A DNA stretch of 63,922 bases, filler included, from Thelocarpon superellum (lineage: Eukaryota), in the NCBI GenBank assembly GCA_026025795.1. It is 4 parts of 4 records of this genome, joined end to end, with 100 filler letters (N's around TTAATTAATTAA, not from the genome) between each part and the next. Parts side by side here need not be neighbours in the genome. Positions count along the whole stretch, not along the records: positions 48,135 to 63,922 come from JAPEUG010000403.1; 3 more parts are not named here. One strand, given 5' to 3'. The first letter of the stretch is position 1. Every line of letters begins with the position of its first letter. Both the position numbers and the translations under genes were made by a program. The notes under the pieces were generated by a model, which did not search any database, was not told where the DNA came from, and saw nothing but the letters and a program-made list of their open reading frames with translations. Positions 61,887 to 63,922 of the stretch are shown piece after piece.

Positions 61887-63052
61887 ATGGCCAACAAAAC
61901 GATTCGCTCGAAATTGCAAGGGACGGAGCTTCCTGCTTCGGCCGATTTTCACGTCCATCTAAGGGATGGAGCAATGATGGATGCGGTGGTGCCCTGCATC
62001 CGTCGTGGCGGGGTCAACACGGTTTACGTGATGGTCAGAGAATCCCCTTCTCGATGCACTCCCCGTGCACTCCCAGTCTGACGAATGTCCAGCCCAACTT
62101 GTCGCCGCCCATTACGACTGTCCAGCAAGCTCTGTCTTACCATCAACGGCTGGAAGCCCTTGAACCGAACGTCACGTTCCTGCTTTCTCTCTACCTCCAT
62201 TCATCCATCACTCCGGAAACCATTGTTGAGGCACGGACAGCAGGAATTAGTGGTGTCAAATGCTACCCTGCCGGCGTCACAACCAATTCGTCTCAGGGGA
62301 TCGTGGATTACGAATCGTTCTACCCCGTCTTTGCTGAATTGGAGCGGCAAGATTTAATTCTGAACCTCCACGGCGAGTGTCCGTCCAGCAGGGACATCAC
62401 CATTCTAAATGCGGAGGAGCGGTTTCTTCCTGTCCTCAGGACATTGCATCGCCGTTTCCCGAAGCTGCGCATCGTGCTCGAGCACTGCACCACCGCCGCA
62501 GCCATCGAGGCGGTCCGATCCTGTGGCTCGACCGTCGTCGGGACCATAACTCCCCACCATCTCTTCTTGACTGTGGATGACTGGGCCAATGATCCCTTCA
62601 ACTTCTGCAAACCTGTCGCCAAACTCCCCGCCGATCGCACCGCCCTCCTTCAGGCCGTGGTCTCCGGAAATCCCAAGTTTTTCCTAGGCTCGGACAGCGC
62701 GCCGCATTCTAAAGTGGCCAAGACGGGCGGGCCCCAAGGCACCTCAAAGACGGCGGCCGGTGTCTTCACGCAACCGTACGTGACGCCACTGGTGCTCGAC
62801 GCGCTAGAGCAGGGCGCTGTCGATGGTATCCTGCAGCCCGAAGATGTCACCGTAGAGAAACTGCGAGGGTTCTTGAGTGGCTTTGGCCGGGACTTCTACC
62901 GAGTCCCCGATCCGTACCATGAGACCATCGAGCTCGTGTTTCGAGACGAGCCCATCGACGATGCAATTCGTGGAGCAGATGACCTACGAATTGTTCCTTT
63001 CCGCAGAAGCCAGGCGACGTGGACAGTGCGATGGACGCACACCCAGACGTGA
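61887..63052 (+). CDS. URA4: Dihydroorotase (homodimeric type)
   Basis: ADFHVHLRDG, VYVM-PNL across intron 62034-62092, VKCYPAGVTTNS, LNLHGE, LEHCTT, FCKPVAK and FLGSDSAPH. Confidence 0.96.
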
Positions 63053-63138
63053 TGTCTCCAGCCCCCCTGTGGCGTCTGGCTGGCATCTCTGTTCGTACAG
63101 TGACCTCTCATGCTGCACGTGTCTGCTCACGCTCACGC

Positions 63139-63922
63139 TCACGCCCATGGCAATGGATCAGAGAAGATGCCCGGACCGGACCATGTGAGCAAGCGCGTCA
63201 CCCCATCTTCCAAACCGTCAGTGGGGATGTCGAGTCCATCACCTTGACCCCAGACGTTCCTCTTTCGACGCTTCCCTTTCAGGAACTCGCCTGCGCCATA
63301 GAGATCTCGGCTCCATGGGCCCCAACCTCGTTCTGACTCTCCGTGTATGAGATCTTGGTGCGAGGTTACGGACTCAGGCGGATCGACACCGCAAAAGCGC
63401 CATCGGGTCGGATCGGCGGGCCATCGAAGCGCCGCTAAATGCAGCTGCTCGAAGCGAGCGCGTTTGAAGGCATGCGTGATGAGGGTGAGATGGACGGGCC
63501 ACGTGCCGGTAACAGCGTGGAAGCGCAGCAAGGAGAAGAGTAGGTTCTGGTAGGAATCCAGCGCCTGAGACTCGAAGGTGACGGTCTCGCTGCAAGGGCC
63601 GAGGAGCATGGCCAGGTTCTAAGCGATGGTTGACCTTAGGTAGGGTCCCAGGAGGTAAGGCCGGGGAAAGGAGAGGAGAGAACGCACGTAGTAGCTTTCC
63701 GCCTCACTGAGCCGAGTGGCGGCTTTGGTCGGGCCGCTGCAATGCCTTCAGACCTCGAAATAGACAGCGGAGGGCTGGGTTCATCATACACATACCCCGA
63801 GAAGACAAGCAAGGAGTCTAGCTGCTCGTCGAGGCAGCGCAACCCCGTCCTGACATGTTCGATGAAAGTCGGTGTCTCACCGCGCTGAAAAGGCTCCAGC
63901 AGCCTGTTGAACAAATTTCAAT
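63139..63922 (-). CDS. Conserved fungal YOR238W/DUF218-like protein, 5' end outside the window
   Basis: FQRGETPTFIEHV..LLVFSG, spliced LSEAESY, ALDSYQNLLFSLLRF..LTLITHAFKRARF..HLAALRWP..GVDPP..W..DLYG..L.GKRRKRN. Confidence 0.75.

Noticed and set aside
1..63922. tRNA, rRNA, snRNA, riboswitch or CRISPR features, and TGA-CTA readthrough signals
   Set aside because: None recognised by eye. A tRNAscan-SE or Infernal scan would be needed to exclude small RNAs formally.

Overview
GC-rich, gene-dense DNA with short GT-AG introns (about 44-170 nt), typical of a filamentous ascomycete (Pezizomycotina-like; the taxon cannot be fixed from sequence alone). The window is not contiguous. It is four contigs (1-15997, 16098-32090, 32191-48034, 48135-63922; lengths 15997, 15993, 15844, 15788) joined by an artificial 100-nt spacer, N44-TTAATTAATTAA-N44. 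It holds about 26 mostly housekeeping protein genes: EGH1-like GH5, MSN5, OXR1, TRM10, NDUFA13, VID27, a WD40 protein, a beta-flanking-like Gly-rich protein, TOS1-like, PEX13, an orphan secreted protein, ATG6, THR1, a small membrane protein, HIS3, DER1, SCC4, an AB-hydrolase, LOC1, ADE5,7, NDUFA12, NBR1, Btz/CASC3-like, NOP13-like, URA4 and YOR238W-like. The most interesting material is mobile DNA. (1) A complete 2017-bp Fot1/pogo transposon (44-bp TIRs, TA target duplication) has an interior almost stripped of CpG, and its catalytic-motif lesions are CpG transitions rather than classic CpA RIP. (2) Two diverged copies of an apparently unannotated ~270-290-bp MITE flank the Btz gene and keep their CpGs. 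(3) A 90-bp TG...CA element has a 4-bp target duplication. (4) A frameshifted pseudogene lies beside the second MITE. I found no clearly new multi-gene system. The best candidate for new biology is a CpG-directed, possibly length-dependent repeat-mutation process. All family calls come from motif recognition, not database searches.
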